Shown here piece after piece: positions 17,701-27,155 of a stretch of DNA of 64,000 bases (the first letter of the stretch is position 1; every line of letters begins with the position of its first letter). Below the pieces are notes generated by a model. The model was not told the origin of the DNA. It saw nothing but the letters and a program-made list of their open reading frames with translations, and ran no database searches. The stretch covers positions 677-64,676 of the forward strand of contig JAZNCG010000029.1 in assembly GCA_045587405.1 (NCBI GenBank), in the 5' to 3' direction. The position numbers and the translations under genes are program-made. The DNA is from Ructibacterium sp. (GTDB taxonomy: Bacteria > Bacillota > Clostridia > Monoglobales > Monoglobaceae).

Positions 17701-18987
17701 CTTTGCTTTCTCTTCTTTCGAGGATTTTTCATTTTTGGCTACCTTCATCAGCTCGTCAAGCTGATTCTTTTCAGCCTCTATCTGGGTTTCTGCTTCTCCA
17801 GCTGTGCGGATAGCTTCTTTCTGCTTCTTATTGAATGAAGCGAGAGCTGCAATGAGACCGACAACAGCGGAAGCGATTGCAATGAAGATGTTCGCTTTCA
17901 TCGCAGTATTAAGAGCCACCTGCTGAGCTGTGGTCTTTGCTATTGTCCTACCGAAAGCTTGCTGAACTGCCGTCATCAGTCCAAGCTCCTTGCGGTACAT
18001 CATCACAAGCTGGATATTCTCTTTCAGCTTGCTCATCTTCTCAATCGCATACACAGCGAGCATCGCTGCTTTATATGCTCCGTAAGTGGCAATCAGCCCC
18101 ATGATAGCCTTGCCGATAGCTTCGTAGTGGTCGAGCATCCATGAAGCTGCTTCGATACCCTTTGAAGCTGTGTCCTCAATCCTTGAGCCGAGGTCATTGA
18201 GCATCATGTCAAAACTATCCGAAAGGTTAGATAACTGACCGGCAAGGGTCTTTGACTGCTCTTGCATGAGGTTGTAGAACTTTCCTCCCTCGTCAGTCAT
18301 GCTCCACAGGGCTTTCTTGATGTCCTCGAAGCCGACCTTACCCTCTGAACACATGCCGAGGATTTCATCTTTCGCCACTCCGAACTGCTTCGCCAGCTCT
18401 TCAGCGATTGGAATACCTCGACCCATGAACTGATACATATCCTTTGACAGCACCTTACCCTGTGTCATTGTGGTACCGAAGAGATATGCCATGTCGCCTA
18501 AAGGAATGTTCAATGCTGCTGCAATGTTTCCAAGACGGATTATTGTCTCGTTCACCTCTTCAGCAGCGACACCATAGGCAAGCAAAGACTTGGCACCTGA
18601 AGCCACATCCATGAGTTCAAACGGAGTGGTAGCAGCGGTCTTGACCATCTGACCCATGAGGGCATTTGTCTTTTCCTCGCTCTTCAGCATTGTGTTGAAA
18701 GCGATTTCAAGCTTCTGCATCTCACCCCTTATCTGGATTGACTTATTGAGGAATCCGGCTGCCTCACGAAACGCAAAAGCACCGGCAATGACCTTTCCGA
18801 TGTTGCCGATGGATTTCTCAATCTTGCCGGATTCGTTCTGTATGATACGGCTCATGGCAGTCATGCTCTGACCTCCACGATGTGCTTCAGTGGAAACACC
18901 TCTCATCTTATTCTTGAGGTCTTCATAAGCTTTCTGAGCTTGCTTTGTGTCCGCTGTTGCAACGGATTTCATTCTACCTTTTGCCAT
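14740..18987 (-). CDS. Tape measure protein
   Basis: 1415 aa, Ala-rich and helical; tape-measure N-terminal motifs (TPFEL, GIPIAEELAK, GQLSNL.D). Confidence 0.93.
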   Translation of the reverse strand: MAKGRMKSVATADTKQAQKAYEDLKNKMRGVSTEAHRGGQSMTAMSRIIQNESGKIEKSIGNIGKVIAGAFAFREAAGFLNKSIQIRGEMQKLEIAFNTMLKSEEKTNALMGQMVKTAATTPFELMDVASGAKSLLAYGVAAEEVNETIIRLGNIAAALNIPLGDMAYLFGTTMTQGKVLSKDMYQFMGRGIPIAEELAKQFGVAKDEILGMCSEGKVGFEDIKKALWSMTDEGGKFYNLMQEQSKTLAGQLSNLSDSFDMMLNDLGSRIEDTASKGIEAASWMLDHYEAIGKAIMGLIATYGAYKAAMLAVYAIEKMSKLKENIQLVMMYRKELGLMTAVQQAFGRTIAKTTAQQVALNTAMKANIFIAIASAVVGLIAALASFNKKQKEAIRTAGEAETQIEAEKNQLDELMKVAKNEKSSKEEKAKAIQTINARYGDYLDNMIAETASVKDLSSAYDSLTASIEAKYLAQLKEQMVGEKQTAYNNEEADLWGFFRTGILADSGLSQKQQGAFTSEMQRYMSKFAKFQNPQEIYNKFLETYKKYGGDSMSSRTLGKLYSHIWDFKEAQGDLQFAEKAFEDFASGYSGSMKKVSDAGKQAEEEQVTTLQEVTKQITEAKAAIKALESKAASSGLTDTEIKDLESKRKELDELEKKYKNLSGKEYGKTDKKDEKVKTANDKYLKWQQDFAREMSRLMEDTNAEISDSEIEAMDEGMEKSMAQIRANYEKRKQEIKRNYEDQKREIENQQREQYKATHNGSDEGFVFDEENNPQMILLNVATSGEYKAAQNERVKAEEELLSELLDKYRTYAQAKKQIDDELNAELALMKNSDGSFKGDFSQENVDLAIKKAEEAKDALAVQYMESDAEFQIFIGSLADKTVKQLEVMLAEAEAELQKLDLSGVESDELTRARAEVAKLKEQLKTLKVDNGVKESTVSWADLNGVLSESADKFSELGDIIPGMAGQMLSGIGSIATAAIGVANGITAIGKAASAAEKASAILAIVSAAIQVVQFFTSAIEENKAANEAAAQAAREYAFALEEINAQERRDSHSNIFDIDKWGEFQENVKLAEEQITSLKKEMEKGTGWDFKDQFDFTQQSSGWATFSKKYRDKVKELYNTGDMALVSDMRSGWQKFWGTGNDNLNIASLQDFMDEEGMLDTDKLEAWYQAYGEGLSDEQDNLVNNLLESWEAYYATLEEMQGYLEGMMGNSAELIADKWLESFDETGSAITDLSEISNDFAKSFAKDMLKNMLMTQVFNDEAQAQMFEYLKAGDVQGATAYYDQLVKQAEQLGDAANGVIQSLGVTATNIEEEEPDDDRRGAIKSGITASQDSVDYQNARLTTMQGHTFEINEGVKSMKAQHMALISNTASILREVQGIHEDTTSIASETAAMRADLSAVKSELSSINKNGVTIKR

Positions 18988-18989
18988 AT

Positions 18990-19268
18990 CTATTTGAACA
19001 TTGCTAAGATGATTTCATTATTTGCTGGGTCGTTGGCATCAATTACCTTCTTCCCATTCTGTGTGTTGGAGTTCTTTGACTTATAGCTTGGGAGTGTCGC
19101 TCCGTACAGGATTATATTTGCGTAGCTGACCTCATACACAGCATAGTCGAATGTAACTCCGAAAGCCTTGACAAAGCTGGCTACTACTGCCCAGGGGCTG
19201 TCGTTTTTGTCACTTTCGTCGGCTTTGTCACCTGAATCCCTTCGAGGAAAGTGATAACTGCGAAAAAA
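18990..19268 (-). CDS. -1 frameshift extension of the tail assembly chaperone (gpGT-like)
   Basis: T_TTT_TTC slippery site at 19262-19268; -1 frame open to a TAG just before the TMP ATG (..NDSPWAVVASF..SYANIILYGATLPSY..). Confidence 0.75.
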   Translation of the reverse strand, partial: FFRSYHFPRRDSGDKADESDKNDSPWAVVASFVKAFGVTFDYAVYEVSYANIILYGATLPSYKSKNSNTQNGKKVIDANDPANNEIILAMFK

Positions 19269-19642
19269 TCCTGTGCGCCCATTGCATTGACCATTGTTAC
19301 AAAACCATCATTTATATCTTCGAGGGTGCAGTGGTCAAGGATTTCACGCATCAGGCGTGTCTTCTGGAAGTTCCCGAACAAGGATTTGAGCTTCTTCGCC
19401 CCAAGAATGAAGATGGCCAGTACCTCAGCAATGAAAACGGCATCTTTAGAATCCCTCAAAGTATCTTCCACGAATGTATCTTCTGAGGTGTTCAGCTTCT
19501 TGCCGGAGGCTATGGCTTCCGACACAAGTACCAGAGTTCCGAATGTCGGACGAGGGGCATTATATGAGTTACGACCAATCTTTATCGGAATTGGTCGCTG
19601 TGTCAAAGTCTCTGAGACCTTTGTTTCTGTCTTTTTGCTCAT
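19184..19642 (-). CDS. Tail assembly chaperone (gpG-like)
   Basis: Between major tail and TMP; contains the slippery site. Confidence 0.8.
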   Translation of the reverse strand: MSKKTETKVSETLTQRPIPIKIGRNSYNAPRPTFGTLVLVSEAIASGKKLNTSEDTFVEDTLRDSKDAVFIAEVLAIFILGAKKLKSLFGNFQKTRLMREILDHCTLEDINDGFVTMVNAMGAQDFFAVITFLEGIQVTKPTKVTKTTAPGQ

Positions 19643-19660
19643 AAGGTCATGTCATTTAAT

Positions 19661-19735
19661 TGGTTGCCATCTCAGGAATCGAACCCGACACACCCGAAAG
19701 ACTGACTGAGAACGGATGCTGCACCAAGCATGGCA
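19661..19735 (-). ncRNA. tRNA-like element with degenerate D and anticodon arms
   Basis: Acceptor TGCCAT/ATGGCA, T-arm TCGGG-TTCGATT-CCTGA, encoded ACCA end. Confidence 0.55.
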
Positions 19736-19790
19736 TTGTGCCGTCATTTGACCCTGACGGCTGGGGCGTTGAGAAATTTAACGAGGTTAA

Positions 19791-20303
19791 TTACTCGAAA
19801 TCCTTTCCGGAGCCTGTGATGGTATAGCCATCTGTATCGTCACCTGTAACAGTGAGGACACCTCTCTTGACCATCTTACTGCCGTCAGCCGGTTCAAGAG
19901 CAGTAAAGTGGAACTCGTCCACGATACCCTCCTTTGAATTGAAAGTGGAATCAAGGACACTTACTGAAGACCTGTCTATAACGACACCCATTGCAGCTCT
20001 GTTTTTTGGAACAATAGCAAGAGAGAACTCACTATCTACAACACCATTGATATGGGTGATGTTAGAATTTTTACTCTCTGCTACACGAAGCTGGTACTTT
20101 GCGAGGTAGCTGTTAGCAAGCTGCATTGCAGCTTCAAGCTTTCCTCCCTCTGTTTTAGCTTCCAGCTTCTCGCCCTCCGAAGGCTCAACTGTGGTCGATT
20201 GGTCCACAGGTTTCGGCTCTTTCTTGTAGGTGGTATCTCCTGCCTTTTTCACATAGGCATCGCACTCACCCCATGCGAGAACTATTGATGTGTTTTCAGC
20301 CAT
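19791..20303 (-). CDS. Major tail tube protein
   Basis: Position and size; LAWG..EGEKLEAKTEGG pattern. Confidence 0.75.
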   Translation of the reverse strand: MAENTSIVLAWGECDAYVKKAGDTTYKKEPKPVDQSTTVEPSEGEKLEAKTEGGKLEAAMQLANSYLAKYQLRVAESKNSNITHINGVVDSEFSLAIVPKNRAAMGVVIDRSSVSVLDSTFNSKEGIVDEFHFTALEPADGSKMVKRGVLTVTGDDTDGYTITGSGKDFE

Positions 20304-20314
20304 AGTATTGATAT

Positions 20315-20713
20315 TTATTCGTTAATAATCCTGAGTTTGAGTTGATTACTGATGCAATGAAAATTGACATCATTAACTTTCTGACATTCCTGCTCGTCCA
20401 TGTTCAGGATATAGTTGTCTTTGACGATAGTCTCGAAGAAATCAAAACAAAGTCTGCCCAGCTCACGGAGCCTGACTGTGTTCTCGATATAGTCATCCTC
20501 CCTCTTGATGTCGGGAACATACAGGTTCACATTTACGGAGAAGCTCTGAATTTCAGATGCTGAACGGGCGACAACGGAAATCACGACATCCTCAAGTTGC
20601 GAGTTTACAGGGCGAGGTACTTTATAAACCTTGCCGGTCACTCTTTTCGGGATGTCTGAAGCTTTGATGAGCTTATAAATCAAATCCTTGATTTCTATGT
20701 CTGTGTACTTCAT
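20315..20713 (-). CDS. Tail terminator/completion protein
   Basis: Synteny; VNVNLYVPD motif. Confidence 0.6.
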   Translation of the reverse strand: MKYTDIEIKDLIYKLIKASDIPKRVTGKVYKVPRPVNSQLEDVVISVVARSASEIQSFSVNVNLYVPDIKREDDYIENTVRLRELGRLCFDFFETIVKDNYILNMDEQECQKVNDVNFHCISNQLKLRIINE

Positions 20714-20720
20714 TTCAGTT

Positions 20721-21146
20721 TCAGAGTTTTGCTATTTTTTCTTCAAGCATTATTGTCGCTGATGCAAGGACATCCTGATTCAGGACAGATTCGACATAAA
20801 CTGCGTAATCAACGCCAGCAACGACTATGAGAACAATGTCATCGGGATATTGGCTTGCAAGTTCCTTTGCGAATCTCTGACCTTCAGAGCTGCCGTCCTG
20901 ACCGCTCTTCACGACTTCAAATCCGCCCATGTGAACTATCTCGCCATTCTGGACAACACAGAAGCCTATAGATGAACAGAGGTTGCCCGTCCTGCTCCTG
21001 TATTCCCATTTCCCCCTCGCTATCTTGTATGCTTCAAGTCCCAGATTCCTGAACTCTTCCACAATGGAATCGAGCCAATCATCATAGCACTCATCTACAT
21101 AGTCAAGAAGCTCATCGAGACCTTCAACAGAAATCCCCGTCTTCAT
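20721..21146 (-). CDS. Neck/tail completion protein (HK97 gp10-like)
   Basis: RTGNLCSSIG and VAGVDYAVYVE motifs. Confidence 0.7.
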   Translation of the reverse strand: MKTGISVEGLDELLDYVDECYDDWLDSIVEEFRNLGLEAYKIARGKWEYRSRTGNLCSSIGFCVVQNGEIVHMGGFEVVKSGQDGSSEGQRFAKELASQYPDDIVLIVVAGVDYAVYVESVLNQDVLASATIMLEEKIAKL

Positions 21147-21472
21147 ACATAAATCGTTTCATGAAGCTGGGACCTGTGAAATCCTTTCACCTCGAACTCT
21201 CTGCCGACCTGACTGCCGTTCTCATCATAGAGCTTGATTCTATCACCGAAACGGATTGTACGGCTGGTGTCGATGTCGAGATAAATGGTGTAGGAATAGA
21301 CATAGTTAGTTCCGTCCGGCAAAGGCAGCACCCTTGCCTGTCCGTTAGGCTCATATCGACATGGAACGGTGACCACATCCGAATCCTGAGAAGCGGAGTA
21401 CTCGCCCGTTTCTTCATTGAATTGAGCTACGGACTTGGTAAGTGTGAGCTTATGGGGTCTGAATCTAATCAT
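21143..21472 (-). CDS. Head closure/stopper protein
   Basis: Synteny; beta-rich, 109 aa. Confidence 0.55.
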   Translation of the reverse strand: MIRFRPHKLTLTKSVAQFNEETGEYSASQDSDVVTVPCRYEPNGQARVLPLPDGTNYVYSYTIYLDIDTSRTIRFGDRIKLYDENGSQVGREFEVKGFHRSQLHETIYV

Positions 21473-21483
21473 GTCTGAAAATC

Positions 21484-21801
21484 CTACAGGAATGTTACTT
21501 TAGGTCTCTTGGTCAGTTCGTCCTTTATTCCGAGTTCCTTACATTGATGCCTGTAGTAATCCGTGATGGCTTCCCTCTGAGCTTTGGATATGCTCATAGA
21601 GCCTTCAGAGATTGACTGTGGCATAATCAGGAGCTTCGGGATTGATTTGACGACTGCCCTGTTCACCGTGTCGAAATTGGATGATGTGACTTCATCGGAG
21701 GCTGTCAGATTATGCTTCAGAGTTACCTCCAAAACAAAAGCTTCTGACAACCTCACACCGAAGTCCTCAAACTGTCCTTTTATGTAGTCCGAAACAGTCA
21801 T
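21484..21801 (-). CDS. Head-tail adaptor protein
   Basis: Follows capsid gene; SISEGSMSIS motif. Confidence 0.65.
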   Translation of the reverse strand: MTVSDYIKGQFEDFGVRLSEAFVLEVTLKHNLTASDEVTSSNFDTVNRAVVKSIPKLLIMPQSISEGSMSISKAQREAITDYYRHQCKELGIKDELTKRPKVTFL

Positions 21802-21806
21802 GATGA

Positions 21807-22901
21807 TTAACCAGCGAAAGATGAAAGGTCGATGAGACCCATTCTGTTAGAACGGTTAACATCCACAATCCAATCGCATCCGTACTCTACGAAACGACCC
21901 TCTTTGGTGCGCTCTGTGGCGATAAAGAGACCGTTTTCCTGCTCCGTATAAGCCTTTGAAGCAATCTTGTCAGAAAGCTCGTAAGGTCTGTGGTAGCGGA
22001 GATGTCCTATCTTCGCATTAGGAAGAAGGGCAATCTTTCCGTCAGGAACGGCATTGATTGCGTTCTGGTCCTGCATGTTGATATAGACATCCTTGAGACG
22101 AATCTGGAAAGGAATCTGAAGAGATGTGAACACCTGATTTACCACATCTGGTGAAATAAGGCTCTGGCTGGCACCGACTTCCACACTCGCAACCTTCGTG
22201 ATGAAGTTATCCTTGAACTCCTTACATCCTGCGATGTAGTTCATATAGGTTGTACGGTTCATCTCCATGATTGTAGCATCAGAGCCAGCCTGACGGAGTG
22301 TCGGCACAGCTTTGATGAGGTAAGAGATGAAAGTGTCCTTTACATCCGCTGTAGGAACAAAGAGGTTCTTATTCTTCTTGAACGGAAGCTGAATAGTGTT
22401 GATTTTCACACCATTTTCATCTGCCTTGCTGCGGACTTCTGCCTTACCGGTGAACTTGAGGTCGTTGAGCATCAAGTCCATTCTCTTGTGAGGTGCAAGG
22501 GCACACTGACGGAAATCGTCAACAAGGAAGTTGATAACATCCTCCATAGCCTGCTGGTTGCCAAGCAGGTTGAGGGTATCGACAAGCTCCTGAAGTCTTG
22601 CAAGACGGTCATTGTCCATCTGGTAAGCTTCTCCGAGGTAGCCGACCTCGCCCTGTCCCTTTGACATTGCGTGGCGTTTCCTGATAGGCTTGTTCGCATT
22701 CTTGTCGATGAATGAACCGACTACGACAGCCGTCTGATTACCGATGTAAGTCTTGAATGTTCCGTCAGGATTTGTCCTCATAGGGTCGAGGTAGTCCATC
22801 CAGTCGATGCGGTCTGCTTCTGCGAGAGTTACCATCGCCCTGTTAATCACCACATTCAGAAATGCGGGATTTGAAAGAATTGAATCTATTGTATAAGTCA
22901 T
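21807..22901 (-). CDS. Major capsid protein
   Basis: 364 aa, after scaffold and decoration genes. Confidence 0.8.
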   Translation of the reverse strand: MTYTIDSILSNPAFLNVVINRAMVTLAEADRIDWMDYLDPMRTNPDGTFKTYIGNQTAVVVGSFIDKNANKPIRKRHAMSKGQGEVGYLGEAYQMDNDRLARLQELVDTLNLLGNQQAMEDVINFLVDDFRQCALAPHKRMDLMLNDLKFTGKAEVRSKADENGVKINTIQLPFKKNKNLFVPTADVKDTFISYLIKAVPTLRQAGSDATIMEMNRTTYMNYIAGCKEFKDNFITKVASVEVGASQSLISPDVVNQVFTSLQIPFQIRLKDVYINMQDQNAINAVPDGKIALLPNAKIGHLRYHRPYELSDKIASKAYTEQENGLFIATERTKEGRFVEYGCDWIVDVNRSNRMGLIDLSSFAG

Positions 22902-22915
22902 AGCTCACTCCTTTT

Positions 22916-23488
22916 TTACACGAACATGAAACGGGATGTGAGAGAAGTCTTGTCGGCTTCTGTCACAGGGATATAAAGTTCTTTCTCCTGAATCTCGTAT
23001 GCACGGTAAAGGGCTGTGACGGTTGCACCGGTCTCAACCTTTGTGCGAGCATAGTTCAGGGCATTAGCGGTCTTCACCACCTTGCCAGCTGCATCTGATT
23101 CGTAGAGAATTGCTCCGAGGGCAATATCTGCTGTGGTCGCTGTAACAGTCAGGACATCGTATGCCTCGTTTGAGGTATCGACCTTGCTGACGGTCACGAT
23201 ATTGCTTTCTGAAACTGCATAGGTGCCAGCCTTTGCAAAGCTGTTCTTCTGCACCTTGATGGATGTCGCTCCTTCCGCTGCTGCTTCAACCACCTTCAGA
23301 CGATTGACCAGAGAAGCCTTGCGGTTTGCAAAGTCAATGTGAAGAGGGGCAAGCACAGGAAGATGAGAGCCAGCCGGAAGCCCTGCTGTCTCAAGATTGA
23401 AACCACCCTGAGAACGATAGCCGGAATCAACCGCATAAAGCTCCTTCTCGACATCAAAGTTGTCTTCGTAAACTACACCTGTTGCCAT
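22916..23488 (-). CDS. Head decoration protein
   Basis: Between scaffold and capsid; beta-rich. Confidence 0.6.
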   Translation of the reverse strand: MATGVVYEDNFDVEKELYAVDSGYRSQGGFNLETAGLPAGSHLPVLAPLHIDFANRKASLVNRLKVVEAAAEGATSIKVQKNSFAKAGTYAVSESNIVTVSKVDTSNEAYDVLTVTATTADIALGAILYESDAAGKVVKTANALNYARTKVETGATVTALYRAYEIQEKELYIPVTEADKTSLTSRFMFV

Positions 23489-23511
23489 AATTGCTTTGAT
23501 TGGTTAGGATT

Positions 23512-24186
23512 TTACTTTTTCCGCATCTGCTCTGTTGTCTCCTGTGCGGATTTCAGGAGCGGGTCTTCGGTTTCATCGCCACCGTCACCCCCAACATCCG
23601 GCTTGTGACTGCCTGAATGATTCTGGTTAGCCACAGCCTGCTCGTCATCTTTATAGGACTGCTCCACTGTCTCAGCAAAAGCCTTGACCTCGTCCTCATC
23701 CTTGAATGACCTGCCGTTGATGATTGGTGAATAGAAAGACTTGCGTACACCCTTTTCTTCGAGGATTGCTGTGAGAGTGTTCTGGAATCCCGACTGCTTT
23801 GTAGCTTCATCACTTTCGTTGAATCGCTTCATGATGGCTTCATTCTGCTCACGGAGTTCCTTTGCCCACTCAGGCTCTTCCTCATTTGTTTTGTTCTCAG
23901 GTTGCTTGTTTTGAGGTGCGCCCCCTGTAATCTTTTCTCCGTCTTTCAGACCATGCTTTGTCTCATAATCTGCAACCGCCCTTGCGCTTGCAGTGATTAC
24001 AGCTTGGTTTGCCCTGAAATCCGAATAGGATTCTACCACCTGCTGAACTGTGACTGCTTCAACAGCAGCTGCCACATCTTCAGCCTTTGCCGTATCCTTG
24101 GCGAGTTTCCTTGCCATAGGCTCCAACATTTTTGCATCTACCCCAGCAAACTTCTGTTGTAGTGCTTCGAGGAATGTTCTGAACAT
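23512..24186 (-). CDS. Capsid scaffolding protein
   Basis: Acidic coiled coil with EEPEWAK motif; minus-strand TATTTTTG -7 box at 24227-24234. Confidence 0.7.
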   Translation of the reverse strand: MFRTFLEALQQKFAGVDAKMLEPMARKLAKDTAKAEDVAAAVEAVTVQQVVESYSDFRANQAVITASARAVADYETKHGLKDGEKITGGAPQNKQPENKTNEEEPEWAKELREQNEAIMKRFNESDEATKQSGFQNTLTAILEEKGVRKSFYSPIINGRSFKDEDEVKAFAETVEQSYKDDEQAVANQNHSGSHKPDVGGDGGDETEDPLLKSAQETTEQMRKK

Positions 24187-24395
24187 ATCTGATATTGTTA
24201 TTGATTAGTCACTTCTGTGATTGTGGCAAAAATACAAGGATGAAATCCTTTGGATTTGGCTTTACATGATTGGTTGGTGAATGTGTGACAGATATTCACG
24301 GATTTGTCTGAAAAAGAGATGACCGCACCTCGATAGAGACACGGCCATCAACAACAAACAAAAGAAAATGAAATGCCCGATGATTGCGGACTTTT

Positions 24396-25910
24396 CTATT
24401 TTTCAGGGTTTTCAGCTGGCTTCTCAGCCGGATTATTCTGATTGGCAACAGGATTCTTCGCCTGCTGTTCCTTTTCAATCTGGGCTATCTCTTCTTCTAC
24501 TTGGTCAGTCATGCCGATGAAGATGATACCGCTCTTCTGTGACATGAATCCAGCTTCCTTTGCCTTTGTCGCATCTTCGATTCTCTCTCTGAGATTGTCG
24601 ATAGTGAACGGATTTATCTTCACGGTCAGCTCTATAGATTCAGAAGCTGATTTCAAAGCAGGGCAGATGGAGCCTGTCGCTGCCACAAGGAAATTGTATC
24701 TTCTCTGAAAGAACTCGCCCAGAACTTCTCCGTGATTATCCACTGCAAGGTGTGTAGCCATGAACATGTATTTGAAAGAGACACCTGATGCGACCTGTCC
24801 GATGTTCTTCATGTTCTCGAAAGTGATTCTCGGAGTGTCCGTCATTCCATAGATGTTCTCGAACAGGGTGGTAATCTCCAGCTTTATAGCTTCAGGGGTC
24901 TGGTCCCATGTGAGGTAGTAAGCATCTGCATCATCCTCGACCTTAATCATCCTGCGCCTTTCATCCTGACTGCCACGACCAGCTTCGCCCGACAGTTCAC
25001 CCTTGAGGATGAGGTAAGGGAAGAAATGATAGTCGATGCAGTCAGCATAATCCGAAAGTGTCATCTCCAGCTTCCGTCTCATGGACCTGATATTGTGGCA
25101 AAGGCTTCTGTCACGATAGCCATAGATGCACGGGAGTTTCGGGAGCTTGTGTGCAAAGCTCTTTTCAGGAACTAAAGTCCACACACCATCTGCCTGCTTC
25201 CACACAAAGACATCCGTAGCTGTGACGGTCTGGAAATAGGTGACGGTCTTTCTACCTGTCAGTGTGTATTCGGTCTTGGTGTACTGACGGCTCTGTGCCA
25301 CATAGTCACCGGATTCATCAAAGAAAGGGTACAGAGTATCGCCCCTGAAAGGCGACCATATAACGCACCGCAGCTTGCTCTCCGGCTTGGTGTTTCCGAA
25401 AAGGCTCTTGAGCTTCGCTGCCACTTTCGCCCAGAATCCTGTGTCCTGCTTCTTGTACCAATACTCCACGACCTCCTGCTCCGCAAACCATGAACGGGCA
25501 ATCTTCTTGTTCTGATAGCGGATTTTATTGTCTCTGTTGATTGTCTGAATGACAGAGTACAGGTCATCTTCTTTGCTGTTGTTCGCCTTGTAGTCAAGAG
25601 TGAGGTCTTTGCCTACTGTGAAAGCAGTGTGAATGTTGACAATCTCCTGCTCGATAGGCAGGGCGATTCTGTTCACATCTTCCTCCTGATATACGGCTGG
25701 CTTGATAATCTTGCCATTCTCGGCCACCACAGACTCAGAGATGAGTACACGCCTTTTCTTACGGATTGCAGGATTCATAACCTCATGTTTGTCCGGGTCC
25801 CACTCGCTGCGGAGTTCCTTGACATTCGGCAGAGGTGTCGTTCTGTGTTTCTTGAGCAGCTGGATTTTTATGTTGATGTCTTCAACTGCAAGGATTTCTT
25901 CAAGTGTCAT
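24396..25910 (-). CDS. Portal protein (SPP1-like)
   Basis: 504 aa after TerL; YLTW and SGVSFKY motifs. Confidence 0.88.
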   Translation of the reverse strand: MTLEEILAVEDINIKIQLLKKHRTTPLPNVKELRSEWDPDKHEVMNPAIRKKRRVLISESVVAENGKIIKPAVYQEEDVNRIALPIEQEIVNIHTAFTVGKDLTLDYKANNSKEDDLYSVIQTINRDNKIRYQNKKIARSWFAEQEVVEYWYKKQDTGFWAKVAAKLKSLFGNTKPESKLRCVIWSPFRGDTLYPFFDESGDYVAQSRQYTKTEYTLTGRKTVTYFQTVTATDVFVWKQADGVWTLVPEKSFAHKLPKLPCIYGYRDRSLCHNIRSMRRKLEMTLSDYADCIDYHFFPYLILKGELSGEAGRGSQDERRRMIKVEDDADAYYLTWDQTPEAIKLEITTLFENIYGMTDTPRITFENMKNIGQVASGVSFKYMFMATHLAVDNHGEVLGEFFQRRYNFLVAATGSICPALKSASESIELTVKINPFTIDNLRERIEDATKAKEAGFMSQKSGIIFIGMTDQVEEEIAQIEKEQQAKNPVANQNNPAEKPAENPEK

Positions 25911-25933
25911 ATCTGTAACTGTTTTATTGATGA

Positions 25934-27118
25934 TTATCTGAATGTTCCTGATGGTACTCCTGTTTTCTTCGAGTGCTTACCCATAAGCTCTTCAAGGCAG
26001 ACATAGCGAACACCGTCAAGAATGTGGTTGAAGTCATCTACAGGCTCATTCAGCCACTTTCCTGTGCTGTCCTGCTGATAGGTATAGTTCTTCAGCTCCT
26101 TGATTGCGTTCACTGAACGGGATGTCACATAGATTTTCTGACAGCTCTTCATGAAGTCAATACCAGCGACCACAGACCCAGCGAATTTCTTGACCGGCTT
26201 GATTTTCAGACCTCCATCTTTCAACTCCTTCACCATGCGAGGGTCGGCTGATTCACTGATGATTTTGTAAGGTGACAGCATCTTCTTTCCGGCTTTGATG
26301 ATGTCTCTTGTCGTCATCTCGGTCTGATAGAACTTCTCATCTATGTACAGGCAGTTTTTATAAAATCCTACTTCAGCAGCAGCTGTCGGGTCATGAGTAA
26401 ATCCGAAGTCAAGACAATTCCATCTCTTTGTAACCCAAGGAGGGATGTCGCCCTCGATAATCTCCCAATTCGAGAAAATCTGCCCCTCGATTGTCGCCCT
26501 CAAGCCGAGACCATAAATCTTCCATTTCCTGATGTCAACAGTACCGTTGGCATAGTTCTCTTCTGTCGGCTCATAAGACAGGATTTTCCGTCTTGAGTTG
26601 TCAGGGATGAAAGGATTATCCAGCATCGTAGAGTGGTCATAATAGCAGTCTGTACGGGTGCAGACTGAATCATAAATCCAATGCTCTTCAGCTGACGGGT
26701 TATAGTCGAGAATACTGAAACGGGATGTTCGCTGCTCCATCTGGTCGAAGTCATCTTTTGATGCTTCCATAGCCTCGTTTATCCAGATTATGTCAGCTGT
26801 GAGACCGTGCAGCTTCTGAGTGTCGTCAAGTCCTATGAACTCGAATACTGTTGAAGCCAGCCGGATAGTCTTTACGGTCTTGTTTATCTTGCAGAACGGC
26901 AGCAGCCCCAAGTTCAGAAGAATCAGGTTGAAGTCGTTCCAGATTGTCGAAGCAATCCATGTTCCTTTCTTACGGGCAATGACAACACGGGTCGGCAAGG
27001 TCGGATTCGAGAGAGCATAGCTGATGAAGAACTGAATAATCGAATATGTCTTTGAACTTCGGGAGCCTCCCTCAAAGACAAAGACACGGTATGACCCCTG
27101 CTGTAAGGCAGACATCAA
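25934..27118 (-). CDS. terL: Terminase large subunit (PBSX/SPP1-type)
   Basis: Walker A GGSRSSKT, Walker B WINEA, nuclease DFGF..DP and NHILDGVRY. Confidence 0.93.
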   Translation of the reverse strand: MMSALQQGSYRVFVFEGGSRSSKTYSIIQFFISYALSNPTLPTRVVIARKKGTWIASTIWNDFNLILLNLGLLPFCKINKTVKTIRLASTVFEFIGLDDTQKLHGLTADIIWINEAMEASKDDFDQMEQRTSRFSILDYNPSAEEHWIYDSVCTRTDCYYDHSTMLDNPFIPDNSRRKILSYEPTEENYANGTVDIRKWKIYGLGLRATIEGQIFSNWEIIEGDIPPWVTKRWNCLDFGFTHDPTAAAEVGFYKNCLYIDEKFYQTEMTTRDIIKAGKKMLSPYKIISESADPRMVKELKDGGLKIKPVKKFAGSVVAGIDFMKSCQKIYVTSRSVNAIKELKNYTYQQDSTGKWLNEPVDDFNHILDGVRYVCLEELMGKHSKKTGVPSGTFR

Positions 27119-27155
27119 TCTCGCCAGAATAGGCGTTCCGTTTATGGTCAGTTCG

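Noticed and set aside
8142-26006. Numerous plus-strand ORFs opposite the structural genes
   Set aside because: Antisense shadows of long minus-strand genes, with no recognisable motifs
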